Both the position numbers and the translations under genes were made by a program. This document shows positions 39,301 to 45,197 of a DNA stretch of 64,000 bases, one piece after another. Source of the DNA: Flavobacteriales bacterium (GTDB lineage: Bacteria; Bacteroidota; Bacteroidia; Flavobacteriales_D; Sanyastnellaceae); NCBI GenBank assembly GCA_040261275.1, contig JBDQOI010000012.1, positions 6,450-70,449 of the forward strand. The letters run 5' to 3'. Each line of letters starts with the position of its first letter. Positions within the stretch are counted from its first letter, which is position 1. The notes below the pieces were generated by a model. That model did not search any database. It was not told where the DNA came from and worked only from the letters and a program-made list of their open reading frames with translations.

Positions 39301-41155
39301 TGCCGTTTTGGACAATGGCGCATGCGACTTCAGCTGCTATGGCTGCACGGACCCCGAGAGCTGCAACTACGACGCGGATGCGACCATTGATGATGGCAGC
39401 TGTGTCGGCGCAGGTGTGGGTGTGGTGGTCTCCATCACGACGGACAGCTGGCCCGAAGAGATTACTTGGAACATCACGGATGGTACAGGTGCAATCGTGG
39501 CCTCCGGCGGACCCTATGCGAGTCCGGCGACCACCTACAACGAAACCGTGTGCTTGGCCGAGGGGTGCTTCACCTTCACCATTGCGGACAGCTTTGGGGA
39601 TGGCATCTTCAGCCCGGGAGGTTACAGCCTGACCATTGACGGTGTGGTCATTGCGTCCGGAGGTGCATATGGCACTGGGGAATCTGTCGATTTCTGCACG
39701 GACAACCTCAATTTCGGCTGTACCGACCCACTGGCCTGCAACTACGATCCGGATGCCGGTATTGACAACGGCACGTGCGACTTCAGCTGCAATGGATGCA
39801 CCCTGCCGGCCGCTTGCAACTACAACCCGGATGCCACGGTGGACGATGGCTCTTGCCTTTTCGATGACGACTGCGGCGTCTGCGGTGGAGACAACAGCAC
39901 ATGTGGTGGCTGCACCGACCCCGCTGCCTGCAACTTCGACCCGGATGCCACCATCGACGATGGAAGCTGCATCATCGGTGGCATCGACTTCACCATGACG
40001 GTGGTGTTGGACAATTACCCCGCCGAATTCTCATGGGTCCTGGTCGACGCCAGCGGAGCTACGGTGGCTTCGGAAGGATATGGTGGACTGACCGGAACCG
40101 TGACGACAACCTACTGTCTGCCGGACGGTTGCTACGACCTGACGGTCAATGACAGTTTCGGAGATGGTATCTGCTGCTCCTTCGGTAATGGAAGCTACAC
40201 CCTGACCGTAGCGGGTTCCGTTGTGGCGACGGGAGGTGATTTCGGCAGCACGGAAACCACCAGTTTCTGCACGGGCGACCTGCCCGGTTGTACCGATCCG
40301 GATGCTTGCAACTACAATTCTGCGGCCACGGTAGACGACGGGTCTTGTACCTACCCGCCGGCGGACAACTTGGATTGTGACGGCAACTGCCTCAACGATG
40401 CGGATGGCGATGGCATTTGCGACGAGGACGAAGTGGCAGAGAGCAGCTTTGTCCAACTCGGATATGATGTGCTGGCACAGAACACCGTGGACGGAGCGAC
40501 GACCTATCGCGTTTGGGCCGAATTCTCCGACCCTACGGAGCAGCTGGTCGCCGTGTACGGATTTGACTCCGTACCCTTGACCATCAATACCACAACGGCA
40601 TTCTACCAGAACCCGCTCGGTGGAGCCTTGGCCGTTGACTTCAATCCAGCGTTGTTGCCCGTTGACTCCCTGCTCGCTTTCGACAGCTGGCTGACCGTCG
40701 GTGGACAGGACAACTCGGCCGATGTCAATTCCATCGGACTCGACTTCGGGCCGTTTGAGGGTTCAGGTGGCCCGGTCATCGCGGACAATGTCAATGGCGG
40801 TTCGGTCTTCATTTACCCTGACCTCGAGCCCGCTGCCTTCCCGGATGCGCAAGGCCATGTGCTGATTGCCCAGTTGACCACCGATGGAGAAGTCAGCCTG
40901 ACGGTCAATCTTCAATCCCGCACTGGCGATGGACAAAACCCGCAAATCCTTCAGCAAAGCCTCACCTTCCAAGAGGTCTACGAGTGCTTTGGCGACTTCA
41001 ACAACGACGGCCTGATCGGCATTGGTGACCTGCTGATGTTGCTCGGAGACTTCGGCTGTCCTTCCGATTGCAGCTATGACATGAATGGTGACGGTGGTGT
41101 GACCACCTCGGACATGCTCGTCATGCTCGCTGTATTCGGAACGGACTGCCCATGA
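36305..41155 (+). CDS. Giant secreted M43 (cytophagalysin/pappalysin-type) zinc metalloprotease with repeat modules and a dockerin-like C-terminus
   Basis: 1616 aa from MRTVFFLAFIAAFTLDGFSQ (signal peptide). Zinc site HEVGHWLNLRH at 37007-37039, then ADTP and NYMDYS motifs. Then four ~92-aa DSFGDG modules, 12 GCTDxxACN[YF] minimotifs, a P-domain-like module, a TSP3-like DCDGNCLNDADGDGICDEDE (40373-40432) and two dockerin-like repeats. The track ORF from 36065 reads through tRNA-Gly and was trimmed. Confidence 0.88.
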   Translation: MRTVFFLAFIAAFTLDGFSQVKSNTAPAERNCAAHEMHVQMMGLDAAYAKRHMDMEQQTAAFVSARQEARANGAQQQPVVITIPVVFHVIYANETQNIPDSELLEQLQVLNEDFRRTNADQDNIWPQGADTEIEFCMATRDPNGAPSSGILRVPTTVSSFGSNDAMKFTAQGGSDAWPASEYLNYWVCNLGGGLLGYAQFPGGPAATDGVVCGYPYVGLNGPGAGAYNLGRTGTHEVGHWLNLRHIWGDGPCGSDDFVADTPESDGANYGCALGHISCSTEDMVQNYMDYSDDGCMNIFTQGQGDRMQAVLAPGGARASIATSNGCLPAVPDFDLDAAIIAVNEPSGFSCSTEVTPSITLFNYGGTVLTSATITYDIDGAGAQTFAWTGSLEFGQSEDITLPAQTPGDGSHVFNVSVSAPNGGVDENSANDSGSSDFALDSQGVDVTMTLTLDNYPGETTWELADAAGTVVFSGGPYAGSGVVVETGCVAEGCYTLTVYDSFGDGMCCAYGTGGYEFGIGGLVLASGGEFGSSESTDVCVGDVVLGCTDATACNYNPDAIADDGTCDFSCLGCTDSTFCNFNPDATVDDGSCANEDICGVCAGDGSSCSGCTDSTACNYDDEATFDDGTCYFAPPGGVCDCFTDLSITESLAGGVAGTPVTFEGSGEVTGFDITLDYTSSAGSWAADMLVVITSPNGDCIEFGGFTSTVTAGCTDLGGYTLWPAGWAVDASGVYTASIDLSASGLTGDGTWSVQLWNGYAAGGTVTYIADITVQDVCIGGVINGCTDPTACNYDADATADDGSCADFDLCGICAGDNSTCGGCTDSTACNFDPAVIIDDGSCADFDLCGVCAGDNSTCGGCTDSTACNFDPAAIVDDGSCILDGLPFSLSILLDNFPGETTWSLTDSLGASIASGGPYAGAGTTVVENFCAPEGCYTLTMFDSFGDGICCSYGIGSYELTADGGVVASGGEYGAQEATSFCVGGDFGCTDATACNYDPDAVLDNGACDFSCYGCTDPESCNYDADATIDDGSCVGAGVGVVVSITTDSWPEEITWNITDGTGAIVASGGPYASPATTYNETVCLAEGCFTFTIADSFGDGIFSPGGYSLTIDGVVIASGGAYGTGESVDFCTDNLNFGCTDPLACNYDPDAGIDNGTCDFSCNGCTLPAACNYNPDATVDDGSCLFDDDCGVCGGDNSTCGGCTDPAACNFDPDATIDDGSCIIGGIDFTMTVVLDNYPAEFSWVLVDASGATVASEGYGGLTGTVTTTYCLPDGCYDLTVNDSFGDGICCSFGNGSYTLTVAGSVVATGGDFGSTETTSFCTGDLPGCTDPDACNYNSAATVDDGSCTYPPADNLDCDGNCLNDADGDGICDEDEVAESSFVQLGYDVLAQNTVDGATTYRVWAEFSDPTEQLVAVYGFDSVPLTINTTTAFYQNPLGGALAVDFNPALLPVDSLLAFDSWLTVGGQDNSADVNSIGLDFGPFEGSGGPVIADNVNGGSVFIYPDLEPAAFPDAQGHVLIAQLTTDGEVSLTVNLQSRTGDGQNPQILQQSLTFQEVYECFGDFNNDGLIGIGDLLMLLGDFGCPSDCSYDMNGDGGVTTSDMLVMLAVFGTDCP
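37652..37927 (+). repeat. DSFGDG-CC module, copy 1
   Basis: LTLDNYPGETTWELADAAGTVVFSGGPYAGSG..GCYTLTVYDSFGDGMCCAYGTGGYEF...ASGGEFGSSESTDVCVG. Confidence 0.8.
37940..38194 (+). repeat. GCTDxxACN[YF] minimotif array 1 (3 copies + CGVCAGD linker)
   Basis: GCTDATACNYNPDAIADDGTC, GCTDSTFCNFNPDATVDDGSC, NEDICGVCAGDGSSCSGC, GCTDSTACNYDDEATFDDGTC. Confidence 0.8.
38219..38634 (+). other. P-domain-like ~135-aa module (copy in the M43 protease)
   Basis: CDCFTDLSI...FDITLDYTSSAGSWAADMLVVITSPNGDC...LGGYTLWPAGW..SGVYTASIDLSASGLTGDGTWSVQLWNGY...DVC. Paralogous to 42697-43116. Confidence 0.6.
38654..38944 (+). repeat. GCTDxxACN[YF] minimotif array 2 (3 copies + 2 linkers)
   Basis: GCTDPTACNYDADATADDGSC, then twice ADFDLCG[IV]CAGDNSTCGGCTDSTACNFDPA..DDGSC. 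Confidence 0.8.
38702..38929 (+). repeat. Near-perfect 2 x 114-nt tandem duplication inside the M43 gene
   Basis: 38702-38815 and 38816-38929 both encode DDGSCADFDLCG(I/V)CAGDNSTCGGCTDSTACNFDPA(V/A)I(I/V). The nucleotide differences are mostly synonymous. Confidence 0.85.
38975..39253 (+). repeat. DSFGDG-CC module, copy 2
   Basis: ILLDNFPGETTWSLTDSLGASIASGGPYAGAG..GCYTLTMFDSFGDGICCSYGIGSYEL...ASGGEYGAQEATSFCVG. Confidence 0.8.
39263..39403 (+). repeat. GCTDxxACN[YF] minimotif array 3 (2 copies)
   Basis: GCTDATACNYDPDAVLDNGAC and GCTDPESCNYDADATIDDGSC. Confidence 0.8.
39428..39697 (+). repeat. DSFGDG module, copy 3 (lacks the CC pair)
   Basis: VSITTDSWPEEITWNITDGTGAIVASGGPYASP..GCFTFTIADSFGDGIFSPGGYSL...ASGGAYGTGESVDFC. 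Confidence 0.75.
39716..39970 (+). repeat. GCTDxxACN[YF] minimotif array 4 (3 copies + linker)
   Basis: GCTDPLACNYDPDAGIDNGTC, GCTLPAACNYNPDATVDDGSC, DDDCGVCGGDNSTCGGC, GCTDPAACNFDPDATIDDGSC. Confidence 0.8.
40001..40276 (+). repeat. DSFGDG-CC module, copy 4
   Basis: VVLDNYPAEFSWVLVDASGATVASEGYGGLTG..GCYDLTVNDSFGDGICCSFGNGSYTL...ATGGDFGSTETTSFCTG. Confidence 0.8.
40286..40348 (+). repeat. GCTDxxACN[YF] minimotif, single copy 12
   Basis: GCTDPDACNYNSAATVDDGSC. Confidence 0.8.
40985..41152 (+). other. C-terminal double dockerin-like EF-hand repeat, cysteine-bracketed (M43 protease)
   Basis: CFGDFNNDGLIGIGDLLMLLGDFGC-PSD-CSYDMNGDGGVTTSDMLVMLAVFGTDCP-stop. Confidence 0.65.
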
Positions 41156-43332
41156 TGCGTGCATCCATCCTATTCTTCTTTGCCCTCCTGATCGGAACTT
41201 CGGTTTCCGGTCAGGTGGCACAGGGGGGACATCCTTGGAAGTGGGGGCAATCCGGATTTGACTCGGAATACCCGCTTTTGACCACCGCGGAACTCGACCT
41301 CGAAGCCCTCGCTGCAGAAGATGCGGTCACCGACCAGTACAAAGAGGCGCCTTGGCGCTTTGGTGTAGAGCGGGAGGTCGACCTGAGGCTCACTGATTCG
41401 GGATCCTGGACCCAGGAAAAGGACCGTTGGATTTGGCGCCTTGGAATCCACTGTCCGGGCGCTACAGGTATCGCCATCAGGCTGAGCACTTTCGATGTCC
41501 CCAGCGGGGCCGCGCTGTATGTCTGGAATGCGGACCGCACCCATTTCCTCGGGGGATTCACCGAGGCCAATGAAAAGGAATGGGGAAGCCTGCCCTTGGG
41601 GCTGCTCGATGCTGAAGAAGTGGTCTTGGAATACCAGGAGCCCCTCGATGTCCATGGTGAGGGTGACCTCCGCATCGACCAGGTGGTCCATGGATATCGC
41701 AGCCTGCTGCGTCACCCCGAGAATGCAGCAGAGGAAGCGAGCATGGGGCCCTTTGGAAGCTCAGGGGCTTGCAACATCAATGTGAATTGTCCTTCGGGGA
41801 ACGACTGGCAGGTCGCCAAGCGTTCCGTCGCCCTCATCACCAATGGCGGATACGCGGTTTGCAGCGGGGCTTTGGTCAACAACACGGCAGAAGATGGCAC
41901 CCCGTACTTCCTGACGGCCAACCACTGCCTCGGCAATCCCAACACCTGGGTGTATTACTTCAACCACGAGAGCAGCACCTGTTCGGGTTCCACGGGTCCG
42001 ACCAACCAGAGCGTTTCGGGCGGCACCTTGTTGGTCAACAGCGGCAGCAGCGATGTGGCCCTCATCCAATTGAGCACAACACCCCCTGCCAGCTACAACG
42101 TAGAGTACGCGGGTTGGGATGCGAGTGGATCCCCCCCCTCTTCGGCTGTCGGAATTCACCACCCCAGCGGCGACGTGAAGAAGATCTGCTTCGAAAACAA
42201 TTCGCCCTACTTCTCCACCGCGGGCAGTGCCGCGGTATGGTGGATCGACCAATGGGAATCTGGTGTCACCGAACCCGGGTCCTCCGGCTCGCCCCTCTTC
42301 GACCAGAACCAGCGCATCATTGGTCAATTGTACGGTGGCGCAGCGGCGTGCAGCGGAAGTTCCAACAATGGCGCTTACGATTACTACGGCCGCATGAACG
42401 TGAGCTGGGGCGTTGGGGTATCCGGTTACCTCGATCCGTTGAATACCAACCAGCTCACCATTGACAGCTATCCTACGAACTCGAACTCTACGGCGGGCTG
42501 CACCCTTCCCTCGGCCTGCAATTACGACCCGGAGGCGCTGGAAGATGATGGCTCCTGCCAGATTGACGATGCATGCGGCGTCTGTGGTGGCGACGGAACA
42601 AGTTGTACGGGATGCACCGACAACACGGCCTGCAACTTCGACCCAGAGGCCACGATCGACGACGAAGGATGCCTCTACCCGCCGGCAGGCGAGCCTTGCG
42701 ACTGCGACGCCGAAGGGGCCCTCGACGCGACATTGTCGGCCAATGCCGCTTCGTCCATCTTTTCCTTCGATGCGGCAGGCGAACCCACCTCCTTGGACAT
42801 CACACTAAACTGGACCAACACGGGCGGAGGGGCCAATTGGCCTGCCGATCTCGCGATGGCCATCACCTCGCCGGAAGGAGCCTGTGCCTCGCTGGGTGGC
42901 TACAATTCTTCGCCCGCTGGGTGCTCCAGCTTGGGCAACTACACGCTTTGGCCCGCCTCATGGCAGGTCTCCACCAGCGGGACCTACACGGCCACCGTTG
43001 ACCTCTCCAGCAGTGGCTTGTCGGGCAACGGAACCTGGTCCGTCTACCTTTTCAACGGCTACGGCAGCTCTTCCGGCGCTCAATTCAACGCCTCATGGGT
43101 CGTCTCCGGCTTGTGCAACGGCTCGCCCGATGGCGGAGGTGGCGGTGGCGGCCCGAACGATTGCCCTCCCGATCTGGACGGGGACGGCACTGTGACCGTC
43201 TCGGATGCCTTGATTTTGCTCGGCGATTTCGGTTGCCTGTCCAATTGCACCGCGGATCTGAATGGCGACGACTTCGTCAACACATCGGACATGCTCATCT
43301 TCCTCGGCGCCTTTGGCGAACCTTGCGAATGA
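41152..43332 (+). CDS. Secreted S1-family trypsin-like serine protease (lysyl-endopeptidase-like) with the same C-terminal module stack
   Basis: 726 aa; signal peptide MMRASILFFFALLIGTSVSGQ and an N-terminal pro-region. Catalytic triad context: TANHC (His codon 41923-41925), DVALIQL, GSSGSPLF (Ser codon 42283-42285). Then 2 minimotifs, a P-domain-like module, a Gly7 linker and two dockerin-like repeats. Its ATG overlaps the M43 stop. Confidence 0.85.
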   Translation: MMRASILFFFALLIGTSVSGQVAQGGHPWKWGQSGFDSEYPLLTTAELDLEALAAEDAVTDQYKEAPWRFGVEREVDLRLTDSGSWTQEKDRWIWRLGIHCPGATGIAIRLSTFDVPSGAALYVWNADRTHFLGGFTEANEKEWGSLPLGLLDAEEVVLEYQEPLDVHGEGDLRIDQVVHGYRSLLRHPENAAEEASMGPFGSSGACNINVNCPSGNDWQVAKRSVALITNGGYAVCSGALVNNTAEDGTPYFLTANHCLGNPNTWVYYFNHESSTCSGSTGPTNQSVSGGTLLVNSGSSDVALIQLSTTPPASYNVEYAGWDASGSPPSSAVGIHHPSGDVKKICFENNSPYFSTAGSAAVWWIDQWESGVTEPGSSGSPLFDQNQRIIGQLYGGAAACSGSSNNGAYDYYGRMNVSWGVGVSGYLDPLNTNQLTIDSYPTNSNSTAGCTLPSACNYDPEALEDDGSCQIDDACGVCGGDGTSCTGCTDNTACNFDPEATIDDEGCLYPPAGEPCDCDAEGALDATLSANAASSIFSFDAAGEPTSLDITLNWTNTGGGANWPADLAMAITSPEGACASLGGYNSSPAGCSSLGNYTLWPASWQVSTSGTYTATVDLSSSGLSGNGTWSVYLFNGYGSSSGAQFNASWVVSGLCNGSPDGGGGGGGPNDCPPDLDGDGTVTVSDALILLGDFGCLSNCTADLNGDDFVNTSDMLIFLGAFGEPCE
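42496..42672 (+). repeat. GCTDxxACN[YF] minimotif array in the S1 protease (2 copies + linker)
   Basis: GCTLPSACNYDPEALEDDGSC, QIDDACGVCGGDGTSCTGC, GCTDNTACNFDPEATIDDEGC. Confidence 0.8.
42697..43116 (+). other. P-domain-like ~135-aa module (copy in the S1 protease)
   Basis: CDCDAEGALD...LDITLNWTNTGGGANWPADLAMAITSPEGAC...LGNYTLWPASW..SGTYTATVDLSSSGLSGNGTWSVYLFNGY...GLC. Paralogous to 38219-38634. Confidence 0.6.
43162..43329 (+). other. C-terminal double dockerin-like EF-hand repeat, cysteine-bracketed (S1 protease)
   Basis: CPPDLDGDGTVTVSDALILLGDFGC-LSN-CTADLNGDDFVNTSDMLIFLGAFGEPCE-stop. Confidence 0.65.
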
Positions 43333-43358
43333 GCTGACCAACACAACTCAACCCCACC

Positions 43359-43387
43359 AAAAAGCCCCGCAAATGCGGGGCTTTTCT
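43359..43387. terminator. Rho-independent terminator after the protease pair
   Basis: AAAAA-GCCCCGC-aaat-GCGGGGC-TTTTCT. Confidence 0.85.
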
Positions 43388-43419
43388 GTACCCCTAACGG
43401 GTCACTTCTCGATCTCTTT

Positions 43420-43445
43420 CCGTCAGGCGGTTGGTGGGTTAGTCT
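43420..43445. repeat. 26-nt direct repeat, copy 1 (spans the stop codon of the gene at 43439-44095)
   Basis: CCGTCAGGCGGTTGGTGGGTTAGTCT, identical to 44151-44176. Confidence 0.9.
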
Positions 43446-44095
43446 TCCCAGCGCCAGAAGGCTTGGGAATAAGCCGTTACAGCACTACTTCCTGCTCGCG
43501 ATGAAGGATTGCTGCACAATGGATACCAACCATCTACAACTTTCGAATCACAGCAAGTTGCGAATGCATCCTGAATAGTACTATGGCAATAGCTATACTC
43601 CACCTTGGGCCGCTCTTGGGTGGCGCAAAAACAACCCAACACAATGTTTCTGTTATAACTGCTGTAGGCGATCTCAGTGCCTTGAGATGGTGAATCGAAC
43701 ACGCTGTGGGAAGTGGAACTGCCTAGACCAAAGTTCTCGTTGAAGTCTGGAAGCATCCTCCAGACCAATTTATTAGGCGGGAAGTCCTCGTAAACGACTC
43801 CCACATCGGCGTCAGTTAAAACTCTCCACGATCCTGGCAATGATGAGCATTGCTCAATGCAGTTCCAAAGATTGTGGTTTCCTACGTCAAGCACCATGTG
43901 TGTGCTGTCATCATTGACATATATGCCGTCAGGAGTAAAGCTCTGGCCATAGAACGTGAGCAATTCAATAACATCAGCAGCACCAATAAAGCCATCGGGC
44001 TGCGCATCTGGATTGTATGGGAGTTGGAAGCCGTCGACCTGCGCGGTGACGTTGAACGCGGCGAGGATCACCAGGCATGCAAGTAGGTTCTTCAT
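43439..44095 (-). CDS. Small secreted Cys-rich protein with an N-terminal dockerin-like loop
   Basis: 218 aa from MKNLLACLVILAAFNVTAQ (signal peptide), then YNPDAQPDGFIGAADVIELLTFYG (43946-44017). Cys-rich C-terminal half; lower GC than the flanks. No family recognised. Confidence 0.6.
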   Translation of the reverse strand: MKNLLACLVILAAFNVTAQVDGFQLPYNPDAQPDGFIGAADVIELLTFYGQSFTPDGIYVNDDSTHMVLDVGNHNLWNCIEQCSSLPGSWRVLTDADVGVVYEDFPPNKLVWRMLPDFNENFGLGSSTSHSVFDSPSQGTEIAYSSYNRNIVLGCFCATQERPKVEYSYCHSTIQDAFATCCDSKVVDGWYPLCSNPSSRAGSSAVTAYSQAFWRWED

Positions 44096-44150
44096 GGTGC
44101 TACAAGTTCGGAAGAGCACTGCAGAATGCCATGCCGCTGGCGAAGTGGGG

Positions 44151-44176
44151 CCGTCAGGCGGTTGGTGGGTTAGTCT
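44151..44176. repeat. 26-nt direct repeat, copy 2 (spans the stop codon of the pentapeptide-repeat gene)
   Basis: CCGTCAGGCGGTTGGTGGGTTAGTCT, identical to 43420-43445. Confidence 0.9.
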
Positions 44177-44919
44177 GGCACTATGCGGTATCGGTTCGGC
44201 TCTGAACAGTCTGGATCAGGTTCGCAGATGTAGCCTGATGGGAGTTGCGATGGGCAGCCGATCTGGAGACAGGTCATAGTGGCACCAATGAGTTTGGCAT
44301 CAGCGAAGTTGGCACCAGGGAGGTTGGCAAATTTGGGGTTGACATTTTCGAGGTTGAAACCAGTGAGGTCCGCATCAAAGAGCTCGGCACCAGAGAGTTG
44401 GGAACCAGAGAGGTCGGCATGAGAGAGGTTGGCACCAGAGAGGTCGGCTTCAGAGAGTTCGGCACGAGTGAGGCTGGCACCAGAGAGGTTGGCACCAGTG
44501 AGGTTGGCATCAATGAGGAAGGCATCACTGAGTAAGGCAGATCTGAGGTTGGCACCAGAGAGGTTGGCAAGAGTGAGGTTGGCACCATTGAGGTCGGCAC
44601 CATTGAGGTCGGCACCAGAAAGGTCGGCATCCCAGAGGTCGGCACCAGAGAGGCCGGCACCAGAGAGGTTGGCACCAGAGAGGTTGGCATGAGAGAGTTG
44701 GGCATCAGAGAGGTTGGCACGAGTGAGGTTGGCACCAGTGAGGTTGGTTCCGCGCAGATCTAAATCTGAGAGGTCTACATGACCTAAGTTTTCATTTGGC
44801 TTTAGCCCATAATCACGCCGGTTCTGAACTATCTGTTTCTGTTCTTCTTTTGAAATCATCCAAGCAATATCGTCAAAGTGGTGCCGGTGTCTTAAATCTT
44901 GCGACGTCGCTTGGACCAT
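44170..44919 (-). CDS. Pentapeptide-repeat protein
   Basis: About 35 consecutive A(D/N)LxG-type pentapeptides ([37 protein letters not shown]...), with a Cys-containing C-terminal tail. No signal peptide. ATG at 44919 preferred; alternatives are a TTG at 44991 and an ATG at 44859. Confidence 0.85.
   Translation of the reverse strand: MVQATSQDLRHRHHFDDIAWMISKEEQKQIVQNRRDYGLKPNENLGHVDLSDLDLRGTNLTGANLTRANLSDAQLSHANLSGANLSGAGLSGADLWDADLSGADLNGADLNGANLTLANLSGANLRSALLSDAFLIDANLTGANLSGASLTRAELSEADLSGANLSHADLSGSQLSGAELFDADLTGFNLENVNPKFANLPGANFADAKLIGATMTCLQIGCPSQLPSGYICEPDPDCSEPNRYRIVPD
44284..44780. repeat. 15-nt periodic DNA repeat underlying the pentapeptide repeats
   Basis: Units close to GAGGTTGGCACCAGA recur head-to-tail about 30 times. 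The region stays open in several frames on both strands (track ORFs 44245-44535, 44274-44735, 44429-44692). Confidence 0.85.
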
Positions 44920-45166
44920 CGCCGATGTCAGGCGTGTGTGGTTAGACCTGTTTTGAATAAATCCCCACGTTACGATCCATTCAACTGCCAAGCACTGCCA
45001 TACTTCTGCATATACGGCAGTGGAAGTTTGCAGTGTTCGCGGGCCTTGTAGGCCATCGACTGCCGTACTGCCACACTTTTGCAGGTAGCTGGAGAGAGAG
45101 CAGCAGAGGACGGGTGTGAATAACTATGTGCCATGCAGGAAGGCACACAGCAAACCCCAAACAACA

Positions 45167-45193
45167 CGAAAGCCCAGTAAATACTAGGCTTTC
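45167..45193 (-). terminator. Possible terminator hairpin downstream of tRNA-Leu
   Basis: GAAAGCC-13-nt loop-GGCTTTC, followed on the minus strand by GTGTTGTTTGGGGTTT. The T-tract is only moderate. Confidence 0.4.
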
Positions 45194-45197
45194 AGTG

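Noticed and set aside
44245-44735. Alternative-frame ORFs inside the pentapeptide gene (EVGTREVG..., PTSLVPTSL..., APERSASE...)
   Set aside because: They are a consequence of the 15-nt periodic DNA. Only the A[DN]LxG frame continues into unique N- and C-terminal sequence with a start and stop.
44284-44780. Possible CRISPR array or noncoding satellite
   Set aside because: The period is 15 nt with no spacers, no leader and no cas genes. It is fully explained as coding pentapeptide repeats.
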